The position numbers and the translations under genes were made by a program. Of a DNA stretch of 64,000 nucleotides, positions 8,681-17,946 are shown piece by piece. A model generated the notes under the pieces. That model had not been told where the DNA came from. It saw only the letters and a program-made list of their open reading frames with translations, and ran no database searches. Numbering within the stretch: position 1 is the first letter of the stretch; every line of letters begins with the position of its first letter. Source of the stretch: a virus; IMG/VR virus record IMGVR_UViG_3300017766_003354, positions 64,001 to 128,000 of that record; one strand, written 5' to 3'.

Positions 8681-11002
8681 TCAAGAGAAAAGTTGAATTT
8701 TCTTCTCTCCATTTAAAATTCGTTTGGAAAGATCGGGAATGAGTTTTTTCTCAATAGAATCGTTCAAAACTTTAACGGAACCCTCTTCTTTAAAATTCTC
8801 GTCCACAAACCTCTTTAAGAACGGAAAGTTAAAAGAGAAATGACAATTTTGCAAATTAGCAGAAGCTTGCACTAATTTTAGTTTGTTGAACAATATTCTC
8901 CTCAAGCCCGCTTTATTCAAGGGAGAAAGAGGAAATTTATATTCAATCAGCCCAACAAGATCTTTGCTTGCATTAGAGTCGGAGGAAGATTCGTTTTTAT
9001 GAAAACCCATTGAAACGCCAGTTTTCGCCCCTGAAGTTAAAAATATCTTACAGTTCGAAAAATCAGCGATATCTCCATTGGCCATTTGGACCTTTCCCTC
9101 TTTAAAAATTTGAGAAAGTAGGCCATCACAAGACCAATGAACCTTTTCAAAGTCGTCAATAATAATGACGCTATTAGGGTAAATTAAAACCTTCTCGGCC
9201 AAACTTGTGTTATTATTTTGCGGAGAAACAATTTTATATGGACCATAAGAATCTGAAAATTCAGTTCCATTATAGCTCAAGACATTGGCTCCAATTTTCT
9301 CCAATGAATTCCGAAGAGTTTGACAAAGTAGGGTTTTGCCTGTTGACCCTTCTCCGCTTACTAAAAAAACATCAGGGGCCGCAGGATTGTGTTTGTGGCT
9401 GATTCCCAAAGTAGAAGTTTTGAGCTTCTCGAAAAGGGATATAAGGCTCTTTTTGTTTCCGATAAATGATGACTTAATATCCTGACTAATCGCGCTGATT
9501 GTTGAGATTTTGTTCAATGGATTGCCTTTAGTTTCGAAGAAAGATTTCAAGTGATTTAAAGTTACCTCTGCATTGCTCTCCATGATCTTTTCCTCCCAAG
9601 CCACGATTTTCTCATTCAAATTTTCAAGTTCGGCATTAGGCACGGAGCCATTTTGTTCGACCGATTGCATAATTGATTTTTGTTGCTCTTTTACCTCTTG
9701 GTCCATTTCCCAAAATTTCACCTTAGCTTGTGCTCCGCAATGATCAATAACGTCGATAGCTTTATCGGGGTAATTCCTGTTGGGCATAAAGCGTTCACAA
9801 AAATCGACAACGTTAGAAATAAATTCTTGAGAATATTTCACGCCATGAAACTCTTCATAGTATTCGAGAATATCTGGCAGAATTTCTTGCATCTTGAACT
9901 TGGATGGAGCGCGAACAATAACCCTCTCAAAACGACGATCTAGTGCGGCGTCTCGTTTAATTGTGTGCGTATATTCATTAATAGTGGTCGCGCCGATACA
10001 AGAAATAGAGCCATCGGCGAGTGCTGGCTTGAGAATATTAGAAGCTTCAAGAGATGAGGAACTCCCTCCACCAGCACCAACTAGCGTATGAATTTCATCG
10101 ATAAAAAGAATCAAGTTCGAGTATTTCTTTGCCTCTACAATGAATTCTTCAAGCCTTTTTTCAAACTGCCCTCTATACTGAGTTCCTGCGACCATGGAAG
10201 AAAGATTTAGGGAATAAATGACTTTATTACAAAGAAGGTCTGGGCTTTCTCCTTTAACGATCTTTTCGGCCAAAGCTTGGGCTAGACTGGTCTTTCCTCC
10301 ACCAGCAACCCCAACGAGAATAACATTGGGTTTTTTCTTTCGGCAAAGAATAGTCGAAATTTCCTCTACCTTATTATCAAAATCGACAAATTTATCGAAT
10401 TCCCCATTGGCCGCTTTGATATTCAAATTCTCTGCGAATTTAGATAGGATAGGATTATCCTCGAACATGGAAATCCAATCGGAAGGCCCATCGTCTTTTT
10501 CTTCTTGGGCGAATATTCCTCCACCATTTTCTAAAATTTCCTCCTTATCTTTGATAACGGCTGTAATTCTTTCAAAAAGTTTTTGAATAGTCGGATCACT
10601 AACGATTTCTTCTGTTGTTTTAACAGAAAAGAAAGATTTAATAGCTTTTGGGATATGCTCGTCAGAGAAGAAGGCTAAAAAAAGAATTTCGGGCGAAAGA
10701 TAGTCTTGTTGAAATTGATCGACGGCTAACTGTTCAGCAAAGTCTAGAATACTTCGGGTCTTTTTAGAAAGATTATCGGAGCTTTTGGCTTTTTGTTTAT
10801 ATTGGATATATTTATTTGATTCTTCCCATAAGCCCTCCGCTTTAATTCCACACTTCTCTAAAGCATTAGAACAAGTCATGCTTATTTCAGACATGAAAGA
10901 GTTAAAAAATAAATCTTCTCCGACGCTTGGATGATTCAAGCTCAAAGCGGCAGACTTGGCCTTATTGAGAATTCCTTCTAGATGGGGTGTTAATTTAATC
11001 AT
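8681..11002 (-). CDS. ClpA/ClpC-like AAA+ ATPase (Hsp100)
   Basis: Clp N-domain; D1 GVAGGGKT, AGTQYRGQFE, LFIDEIH, DAALDRRF, PDKAID; D2 GSTGKT and IIIDDFEK; MGF loop. Confidence 0.9.
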   Translation of the reverse strand: MIKLTPHLEGILNKAKSAALSLNHPSVGEDLFFNSFMSEISMTCSNALEKCGIKAEGLWEESNKYIQYKQKAKSSDNLSKKTRSILDFAEQLAVDQFQQDYLSPEILFLAFFSDEHIPKAIKSFFSVKTTEEIVSDPTIQKLFERITAVIKDKEEILENGGGIFAQEEKDDGPSDWISMFEDNPILSKFAENLNIKAANGEFDKFVDFDNKVEEISTILCRKKKPNVILVGVAGGGKTSLAQALAEKIVKGESPDLLCNKVIYSLNLSSMVAGTQYRGQFEKRLEEFIVEAKKYSNLILFIDEIHTLVGAGGGSSSSLEASNILKPALADGSISCIGATTINEYTHTIKRDAALDRRFERVIVRAPSKFKMQEILPDILEYYEEFHGVKYSQEFISNVVDFCERFMPNRNYPDKAIDVIDHCGAQAKVKFWEMDQEVKEQQKSIMQSVEQNGSVPNAELENLNEKIVAWEEKIMESNAEVTLNHLKSFFETKGNPLNKISTISAISQDIKSSFIGNKKSLISLFEKLKTSTLGISHKHNPAAPDVFLVSGEGSTGKTLLCQTLRNSLEKIGANVLSYNGTEFSDSYGPYKIVSPQNNNTSLAEKVLIYPNSVIIIDDFEKVHWSCDGLLSQIFKEGKVQMANGDIADFSNCKIFLTSGAKTGVSMGFHKNESSSDSNASKDLVGLIEYKFPLSPLNKAGLRRILFNKLKLVQASANLQNCHFSFNFPFLKRFVDENFKEEGSVKVLNDSIEKKLIPDLSKRILNGEKKIQLFS

Positions 11003-13568
11003 TTTTAGTTTTCTTAATATCTCCGCTCCTCATATAAATGCTACAATCAACAATGTCAATAGAATCTACAAAAAATGTGTCGCCACTCTTTGAGCCATTG
11101 ACAATGATTATGTCCTTCTTTGTCAACTTTTTCTCTTCCAAGAAGTTAGTTAGATTGGCCGCTCTACGGTTATCCATCAGTAGAAACTTTTGGGTAGCCT
11201 TGTTGTCGGAAACTGTCACTGACATATATTTATTCCCAGCGGCAGAAGTCTTGATATAAAAGTCGTCAACTTGGCCCGCCGTCTTAAATTTCTGTTGATC
11301 AGGAAGATCAGCAATCTCTTTGATATCCTGAAGAACGCCAAAATGATCCGTAAAGCAGTCCTTCAGTTCATGAGAATAGCTATATCCCAAAAGGCTCGTT
11401 TCGTAATACCATTTTGCAAATTTGTCGTGTTTACGATTTTGCTTATAGATGTCTCGATATTTCGCATAGTCTTTCTTGAATGTAACGAATCTCTTCTCTG
11501 AAATGATTGGCTTGTTGTCGTCTCCTAGTATTTTTTTCTCCACTACTTCGGCAATTGTATTGAGAAGATCGAAGCCAAAGCGTTCGCCTCCTTTTGTGAA
11601 GTTGCGTTTTTCGCGTTCTGTCAATAGGTTGAACGATTGCGCTTCTAGAACCATTTTGCTTCGATCATTCCCAGAGGAATCCATTGTTCCTGCTTGAATC
11701 AGTGCTGCTAGAACAGAGATATTAATGCCAGCCACTTTTGCTGCTACGAAAATTTCATACTTATTAGCGAGCCTCTTTCCCCTAAAGTCAACCAATGCTT
11801 CAAGAGCTTTAGAAGAGACTCCTTTGATTGTCGATAGGCCATAACGAATATTCTCTCCTTCGATAGAAAAGGTCATTTCGGACTTTTCTAGTGATGGAGG
11901 AAGGAGTTTAATTCCAAAGTCACAAAGTTCTTTGCTAATGGCTGAAATTTCAGCAAGAGGTTCGGGTTCAAATTCGGCAGACTCCAAAAGAGAAATGAAG
12001 AATTGTTGGGGATATTTATATTTTAGGTAAACCGTTTTTGCTGCAAGAGTCGCGTATGCCAAACTGTGCGATTTATTGAAGCCATACGATGCACTAGCCT
12101 CCACCACGGTCCAAAAATAATCGGCTACTTTTACGTCTAAGGTTTTGCTTCTTGCCGCAGAATAAATTTTTTCCTTCCACTCTCCAACTTCTTCCACCTT
12201 CTTTTTAGCAAGGCAGCGTCGAAGTTGTTCGGCTTCCTCCAGCGTAAATCCAAATACTCTGTTGGCAGCTTGTAGAGTATGCTCTTGGAACAGCATTACA
12301 TTTTTAGAACTAGCCAAAATAGCGTCTAATTCTTCGTGAAGACCAAGTGATTGGGGTGTCTTCTTTTGCTCTTTATAGTCCGATACAAACTGAAGCGAGC
12401 TAGGCCGTGCTAAAGCGATGACATCAGAAAGTTCTTGAATATCAACAGGCTTGACTTCTCTACAGACCTTGTAATTAGTCTCTGCCGAAATTTGAAAAAG
12501 ACCCATCGGTGAATTAAGATCCTGCAAAACTTGATAGATAAATGGATCAAGTGGGTCAATATCTTCCAGCTTTATTCCAAGTTTTTTACAAGTATTGTGT
12601 GCGACGGTTAGTGTCCTAAGTCCCAAAATATCGAACTTTACCATTAGATCAGATACGCCATTCATATCGTAGCCCGAAATCAATTCCCCCTCTTTCGTCC
12701 TCTGTAGCGGAATAAGATTTCCAATCGGTTCTGCGCTAATGGCCAGACCTGAAGGATGAACTCCAGAGTTCTTGTTAAGATTTTCTACCTTTAGTGCATT
12801 TTGATATGCGAGCGGATTCTTATCCGCCCATTCTTTGAATCTGGGAACTTCATTATAAGCTACTTCAAGGTCAGCAACAATACCATGCGACTTGGGAATT
12901 AAGTCACTAATGGCGCTAGCCTCAGATTCGTTATACTCACAAAAATATTTTGCAGCTTCTCGAATGCACAACTTGGAACTAAACGTATTAAAGGTTAAAA
13001 TTTTCGAAGTTCTGCCTTTATGCTTATCTTTGATATATTTAATTACCAAGTGTCGTTTTTCATAGGAAATATCAGTATCTACGTCAGGAAGCAAACTTCC
13101 AACAAGGAACTCTTCGCCACTCTTTGAATACATTTTCTTCGCCCGAGACTTGGATACAAATCTCTCGAAAAACAAAGCATTAGGAATCGGATCAATGCCC
13201 GTTACACCTAACAAAAATAGCACTAATGAGCCGCAGCAACTCCCTCTACCATCCCCACTAGGAATGTCCTCGCGCTTACAAAAACTCAAAATATCCCAAT
13301 TCAACAACACATAATCAGTAAACCCCAACTCCTCGAAAGTGTCTAATTCTTGTTTGGCGCGATCATAATAGTCTTGGCGGTTAGGCCATTTGTTTATTCC
13401 TTTTTCAAGAATTCCTTTGCGAACCAATGCTTTAAGAATATCAAAAGACGACGAAGATTCAGATAATCCAGAATCAATAGCCGCGAGTTCTTCTTTTGAG
13501 ACAGAAATTTTGGGCAAACGAACGCCCACGTTCTCGGGTTCGCTGTATGGAATAAAGTCGTCAAACAT
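10995..13568 (-). CDS. dnaE: DNA polymerase III alpha subunit, catalytic core without the PHP domain
   Basis: GRGS, FERF, PDVDTD, HPSG, KFDILG, FNKSH motifs and a C-terminal OB fold. The start is taken at ATG 13568 (TAATG overlap with the exonuclease stop). Confidence 0.92.
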   Translation of the reverse strand: MFDDFIPYSEPENVGVRLPKISVSKEELAAIDSGLSESSSSFDILKALVRKGILEKGINKWPNRQDYYDRAKQELDTFEELGFTDYVLLNWDILSFCKREDIPSGDGRGSCCGSLVLFLLGVTGIDPIPNALFFERFVSKSRAKKMYSKSGEEFLVGSLLPDVDTDISYEKRHLVIKYIKDKHKGRTSKILTFNTFSSKLCIREAAKYFCEYNESEASAISDLIPKSHGIVADLEVAYNEVPRFKEWADKNPLAYQNALKVENLNKNSGVHPSGLAISAEPIGNLIPLQRTKEGELISGYDMNGVSDLMVKFDILGLRTLTVAHNTCKKLGIKLEDIDPLDPFIYQVLQDLNSPMGLFQISAETNYKVCREVKPVDIQELSDVIALARPSSLQFVSDYKEQKKTPQSLGLHEELDAILASSKNVMLFQEHTLQAANRVFGFTLEEAEQLRRCLAKKKVEEVGEWKEKIYSAARSKTLDVKVADYFWTVVEASASYGFNKSHSLAYATLAAKTVYLKYKYPQQFFISLLESAEFEPEPLAEISAISKELCDFGIKLLPPSLEKSEMTFSIEGENIRYGLSTIKGVSSKALEALVDFRGKRLANKYEIFVAAKVAGINISVLAALIQAGTMDSSGNDRSKMVLEAQSFNLLTEREKRNFTKGGERFGFDLLNTIAEVVEKKILGDDNKPIISEKRFVTFKKDYAKYRDIYKQNRKHDKFAKWYYETSLLGYSYSHELKDCFTDHFGVLQDIKEIADLPDQQKFKTAGQVDDFYIKTSAAGNKYMSVTVSDNKATQKFLLMDNRRAANLTNFLEEKKLTKKDIIIVNGSKSGDTFFVDSIDIVDCSIYMRSGDIKKTKND

Positions 13569-14188
13569 TAGAGATTTAGTTTTTTCTTTAGTTCTTGGAA
13601 AATTTTGAAGGTCATTTCGCAATCGTAGCTTGCCGAATGAAGCGAGGCTTCGTCAAATGTAATGCCAAAGTGTTTCAACTGAGCCAACTGAGAAACTTTA
13701 GCCTTGAGAGTTCTGTCATTTAGGATCTTATATTGCCAACTTAACAGATCGCCGCTTTTTGGCCTCTCTAGGTTTTCCCTATAGGCTTTTCCTAGCGTTC
13801 GGGTATCATAGAGGCGCTTCAGATACGAGTAGTCTGGAGTCTTTCCACAAAGCTTCTGCAAGTGCGCCAAAACGAAAACATCGAAGTGGATGATGTTTTG
13901 GCCAATATTAATGTATTCAGGATTATACAAATATTTTTCGAATTTCGCCAAAACTTCCTGCGGGGGTCTTTTGCGTCGATTATATTCAGAATAAGAAAAA
14001 CCAGTCAATTTAATAATAAAATCGCTTACTTGAAAATCTGGCCAATCTAGGTATTCGTCGTAGGATTTGACTAGACGATTTCCTTCATAGACATTCCAAG
14101 CCAATTGCCAAGGCAGAACATTACAAAGATTGAGGGAGTCTGTTTCAAAATCCCAAGAGATTGATTTTTGATTATAAGGAAGGCTCAT
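13568..14188 (-). CDS. DEDDh 3'-5' exonuclease (DnaQ/epsilon-like)
   Basis: ExoI WDFETD, ExoII GQNIIHFD, ExoIII HSASYD. Confidence 0.88.
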   Translation of the reverse strand: MSLPYNQKSISWDFETDSLNLCNVLPWQLAWNVYEGNRLVKSYDEYLDWPDFQVSDFIIKLTGFSYSEYNRRKRPPQEVLAKFEKYLYNPEYINIGQNIIHFDVFVLAHLQKLCGKTPDYSYLKRLYDTRTLGKAYRENLERPKSGDLLSWQYKILNDRTLKAKVSQLAQLKHFGITFDEASLHSASYDCEMTFKIFQELKKKLNL

Positions 14189-14877
14189 TTATTTAGTAGA
14201 TAAGATTCCCAGCAAAATTCATTAGAGCAAAAATGATCTAACATCGGATTCCCATAGTTTGGGCTTTTCCCGCCGCTGCGATTGGTCGTAGATTTATAGA
14301 ATTGAAAGGCATCAAAATCATCATAATTCTCATAATAGATCGACTTCCCCATTTGCCTCTCAACACCCAAGCTATCCAACCCTTCGGAAATCAAAAAATC
14401 AAAAGGATGATTATTCTTTTCTTCAATATAAAAGTGATCGAATCCTTTGAGTTTTAGATCCGACATTCCAAAGTGGAAAATATTATTGAAAATGAACGAA
14501 TCATAGAATGGGACAGCAATTCTAATATTCTTCAAATCGGCAGGTTTCAACTCTCCAAAGATTAAAAGTCCATCATCGCTACAATGTGTTCGCGTGAACA
14601 GTTTTTTGATATCCAAGACTCCAGCATCATTTTTGGCAAAGAAGACCAGCTTACTCGGCTTTTCTTCCTTAGACGACTGAACAACTGGCAAGCGAATCCC
14701 AAAGATCATCTGTATTCCAGAATTATCAAAAAGCTGAAAAGTCTTCCTAAATCCAGCTAGCGAATCCTCAATAAAAATTACTTGAGAGAGTTCTCGGGTT
14801 TTCGCTATTTCTAAAATTCGTTCAGGCCGCATAATACTGCGGCCAATAGAATAATGAGTCTTCCAAAAGGCTTCCAT
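14185..14877 (-). CDS. stand-alone degenerate PHP domain of Pol III alpha
   Basis: KTHYSIGRSI...FIEDSLAGF...IFGIRL...LVFFAKNDAG matches the layout of the DnaE N-terminal PHP domain, with most metal ligands missing. Confidence 0.75.
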   Translation of the reverse strand: MEAFWKTHYSIGRSIMRPERILEIAKTRELSQVIFIEDSLAGFRKTFQLFDNSGIQMIFGIRLPVVQSSKEEKPSKLVFFAKNDAGVLDIKKLFTRTHCSDDGLLIFGELKPADLKNIRIAVPFYDSFIFNNIFHFGMSDLKLKGFDHFYIEEKNNHPFDFLISEGLDSLGVERQMGKSIYYENYDDFDAFQFYKSTTNRSGGKSPNYGNPMLDHFCSNEFCWESYLLNK

Positions 14878-14883
14878 TGGCTT

Positions 14884-14912
14884 ACCTTACAAAAGACTAT
14901 GCGGTTTGTCAA
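14884..14912 (-). promoter_or_regulatory. sigma70-type promoter, leaderless spacing
   Basis: TTGACA-N17-TAAGGT, then 6 nt to ATG 14877. Confidence 0.7.
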
Positions 14913-16092
14913 CCTTTTTCTTCCCAGCTTCTTCAATTTCATCCTTATAGGCGGCGAAGTCAATTAATTCGAGGGTTCTATGAACCCATTTATCCTCATA
15001 AATATAAACATCCAGCCCTTCAATCGTCCACCCGTGTTTCTTTAAAATTGAAGCGTAGAAACTCAACTGCAAAGCATACTTCGTTAATTTATTTGCTGGC
15101 AAATGAGAGAATGGAGCTTTGGGTTTACTGTGAGCTTCTTCTTTTTCCGCGCCGATGTTTACTTTATAGTCTTGGACTCGGGCGATTTTCTTTTTCTTAT
15201 CAATAATAACCAATCGGTCAATCAAGCCTCCCCAACCAGTAGCCGAATCAGTTACGAGAGCTTCAGCCACAACTTCTTCTGCGCCATATTTTCTATCTAG
15301 CTTGTTGGTCAGTTTATTGAGGTCGGTGATTGTCTTTTTGAGAAATGGATGCTTCGGCATGGCATAATTGCCATCAACGTCCTTGCCAGAGGCTTTACGG
15401 GTGTCTGTGATCGTTTGGCCCGCTTTTTGGAAGTTAATATAATGTTCTAAAGCCAAATGCACGCAAGATCCGAACAGGCCAGCTACAGCTCCATTAGACG
15501 CCCACATATCTTCAATATCTTGTGCAGGAACGCCCCAATACTTTGAGCACTGTCTAGCGATCTTCTTAGAGTCAAAAGGATCATAAAAACGCTTAATAAA
15601 TGTCGTCCCACCTTTGAGAACTTTACAACCTCCATTCCAGCGCATGTTATAAATATGCCGAGTCTCGTTAAAATCGACTACAACATCTGGCTCAGAAAAA
15701 GAATTCTTTGTGATGATTACGTCATAGTCCGACTCGTTTCGAAGAGGAATCTCAAACTTAACATAAATACCCACCAATTCGCAACCCTCAGAGTATTCAA
15801 AAGTAGTTTGGTTGTCTTTTTGATACCAAACTTGATCGACATGCGCCGAAACAGTCTTCAAATTATCTTCACACCAAGATTGAACACTAAAATCCAATCC
15901 TTCTTTCTTCCTTGGAACGTAGCCTATTTTAATTCCATGGTATTCTAGGCGAATCGCTTTTGGGTCATAAGTATTCTCGGGTTCTGCCGTAACAGAAAGT
16001 TTTTCGCCGCCTTTGATTTCAAGGGTTTTTAAACTTGGATTTTCTTTAATGGCGAAAGAAATACCTGCTACGCTTGCTGTGATTTTATTCAT
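14887..16092 (-). CDS. HIRAN domain fused to a PD-(D/E)XK (RecB/Cas4-like) exonuclease
   Basis: N-terminal VAGISF...EPENTYDPKAI...IGYVPR (HIRAN); C-terminal GSCVHLALE, GLIDRL, DYK, YALQLSFY. Confidence 0.8.
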   Translation of the reverse strand: MNKITASVAGISFAIKENPSLKTLEIKGGEKLSVTAEPENTYDPKAIRLEYHGIKIGYVPRKKEGLDFSVQSWCEDNLKTVSAHVDQVWYQKDNQTTFEYSEGCELVGIYVKFEIPLRNESDYDVIITKNSFSEPDVVVDFNETRHIYNMRWNGGCKVLKGGTTFIKRFYDPFDSKKIARQCSKYWGVPAQDIEDMWASNGAVAGLFGSCVHLALEHYINFQKAGQTITDTRKASGKDVDGNYAMPKHPFLKKTITDLNKLTNKLDRKYGAEEVVAEALVTDSATGWGGLIDRLVIIDKKKKIARVQDYKVNIGAEKEEAHSKPKAPFSHLPANKLTKYALQLSFYASILKKHGWTIEGLDVYIYEDKWVHRTLELIDFAAYKDEIEEAGKKKVDKPHSLL

Positions 16093-17140
16093 ATAGGAAA
16101 TTGTATTTTTTGATGAACTTTTTGAGAGAAGAGGAAAAAGAAGGATTCGGCTTGTTGAGTTGTTTTTCTATGAATCGAGCTTCTTCGATTACTTTTTTAC
16201 AAGAGTCTTTATGAGAGAGATTGTCGAAGCTCTTCAAATAGACGGCCACATCTTCCTTATTCATAAGCCCGAAGTCATTTTTATGGGGAAGGCATAAGTA
16301 AAGCCTCTGGATGTCTATTACTTCAGATAACTTGAGGATAGCCTTGACTGCCCCAATTAGCCCTCTATTTTTTTCTGATTCAAAATCATTATTGAGCGCG
16401 ACAACAATCTTCTCAACGGGCAAAGAAGAAAGTCGAGCAATGAATCTAGGAGAAAGAGAAAGACCGAAAGTAACCAAATTTTCTTCAACCTCTTTGTCAT
16501 AAAGAGAAAGCGAATCACCGATTGACTCCACCAGAAAAACTCGTTTAGTATTTTTGATAGCATAAGAAGTAAGCTTTGTTGTATAATACGGGTAAAAATA
16601 ATTCGAACTTTTGCCTTTATGCAGCCACTTTGGTTTATCGTTGTCTTCCAACATTTTGCGACCAGAGAAGCCGTGAATTTTGCCGTCTTGTCTGAAAATC
16701 GGGAAAACTAACCTTTGATACATTGCCCCTGAAGTCGCAAGCCCGCATTTGTAGTCTTTTAGTGTCTCGTAGGAAATTGATTTTGGCGCTCTGGTATAGA
16801 AATCATAATGTGGTAGAAGCTTTGAAAGACAAGACTTATCGAAAGCTTTTTCTTCGGTGAGTAGTTGTTTTTTGGGTGTGCGAGGTTCAGTGTTTTTGGA
16901 GCCATTTATGATGCTTTGGACTAAGCCGTTATCACTTGTCCCACAAGTAAGTTTTACTAATTCTTCAAACCTTTGAAAAGGTGTATCCTCTACATGATCC
17001 TTCCATGCGCCAGAATCTTTGTAGATTTGCAGAGCAGTTGGATTATCCCCGTCTCTATAGACGGCGGCAGCTTGCCAAAAATTGCCGCAATCTTTGAGTT
17101 TGTAGTTGAGGTTTTCTAGGATTTGTTGGTAGTTCGTCAT
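16085..17140 (-). CDS. dnaG: DnaG-type DNA primase
   Basis: RLVFPI...GFSGR...PKW and TOPRIM LVESIGD...ALNND; the N-terminal Zn-binding domain lacks its Cys ligands. Confidence 0.8.
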   Translation of the reverse strand: MTNYQQILENLNYKLKDCGNFWQAAAVYRDGDNPTALQIYKDSGAWKDHVEDTPFQRFEELVKLTCGTSDNGLVQSIINGSKNTEPRTPKKQLLTEEKAFDKSCLSKLLPHYDFYTRAPKSISYETLKDYKCGLATSGAMYQRLVFPIFRQDGKIHGFSGRKMLEDNDKPKWLHKGKSSNYFYPYYTTKLTSYAIKNTKRVFLVESIGDSLSLYDKEVEENLVTFGLSLSPRFIARLSSLPVEKIVVALNNDFESEKNRGLIGAVKAILKLSEVIDIQRLYLCLPHKNDFGLMNKEDVAVYLKSFDNLSHKDSCKKVIEEARFIEKQLNKPNPSFSSSLKKFIKKYNFLYE

Positions 17141-17142
17141 AT

Positions 17143-17340
17143 CTATCTATCTCCACACCACAACGCATTTTCTATACCGATCTTAATAAAAGTATTTCGC
17201 GCCTCTATTGCTATTTTATCCGCCTCTTCTTGAGATTCTGCCCTCCAAATATTTTCAAGAACTTCGCAAATCCACGTTCCTTTTGGAGCGAGTTTACCTA
17301 AAGACGAGCTAAGTTTTTTTAATTGTTCTTCTGGTGTCAT
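17143..17340 (-). CDS. hypothetical protein
   Basis: 65 aa; ATGA overlap with the upstream gene. Confidence 0.55.
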   Translation of the reverse strand: MTPEEQLKKLSSSLGKLAPKGTWICEVLENIWRAESQEEADKIAIEARNTFIKIGIENALWCGDR

Positions 17341-17759
17341 TTAAATAGTTCTGGATTTTCAAAAATGTTGCCGCAGACGACCCAATAAGTCCAATCGGCC
17401 AGATTTACAAAATTATCATGAAGAGGATTTGGCGGCCCGTGTAAATTGGACACGTTATTATAAACAAAACAACACTCTTTTTCGTGCCAAGATACTACTA
17501 TCTTGCAAAATGACCCAGAACCTCCGACCCTTTCGAGTATGTCTCCTTCGAAGATCCTTTTACCATTATTATCAATAAGTCCAGTAAATTGTTGAATGGT
17601 GTATCTATTTTCACAATCATTAATAAGACAATCTAACGCCTCATTTAAATTAGACCGTGGCGGGCAATAAATTTCGACCGCATCATTATGCCAGTTTTCG
17701 TTAGAATCCTCAAAGTTTTTCAAAAGATTATCCCATACCCGAAATTTAATTGTTCTCAT
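17337..17759 (-). CDS. YopX family protein
   Basis: IKFRVWD...QFTGLIDNNGKRIFEGDI...GNIFENPEL. Confidence 0.9.
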   Translation of the reverse strand: MRTIKFRVWDNLLKNFEDSNENWHNDAVEIYCPPRSNLNEALDCLINDCENRYTIQQFTGLIDNNGKRIFEGDILERVGGSGSFCKIVVSWHEKECCFVYNNVSNLHGPPNPLHDNFVNLADWTYWVVCGNIFENPELFK

Positions 17760-17946
17760 AGATTATTCTATATTCTTTGATTTTGCCTTCAAACTCGGTA
17801 AAAAACCTAGTCCAAACATCGCCCTTGGCTTCATATACCGAATGGCTATTAGGGTTTATATACACAGAAACAGTTTGTTGAATTCCATCAGTGCCAAGAA
17901 GATAAAAGACATATTTATCTGTCGGGTTTATAAATTTAATCTTCAT
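17746..17946 (-). CDS. hypothetical protein
   Basis: 66 aa with short overlaps to both neighbours. Confidence 0.55.
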   Translation of the reverse strand: MKIKFINPTDKYVFYLLGTDGIQQTVSVYINPNSHSVYEAKGDVWTRFFTEFEGKIKEYRIIYENN

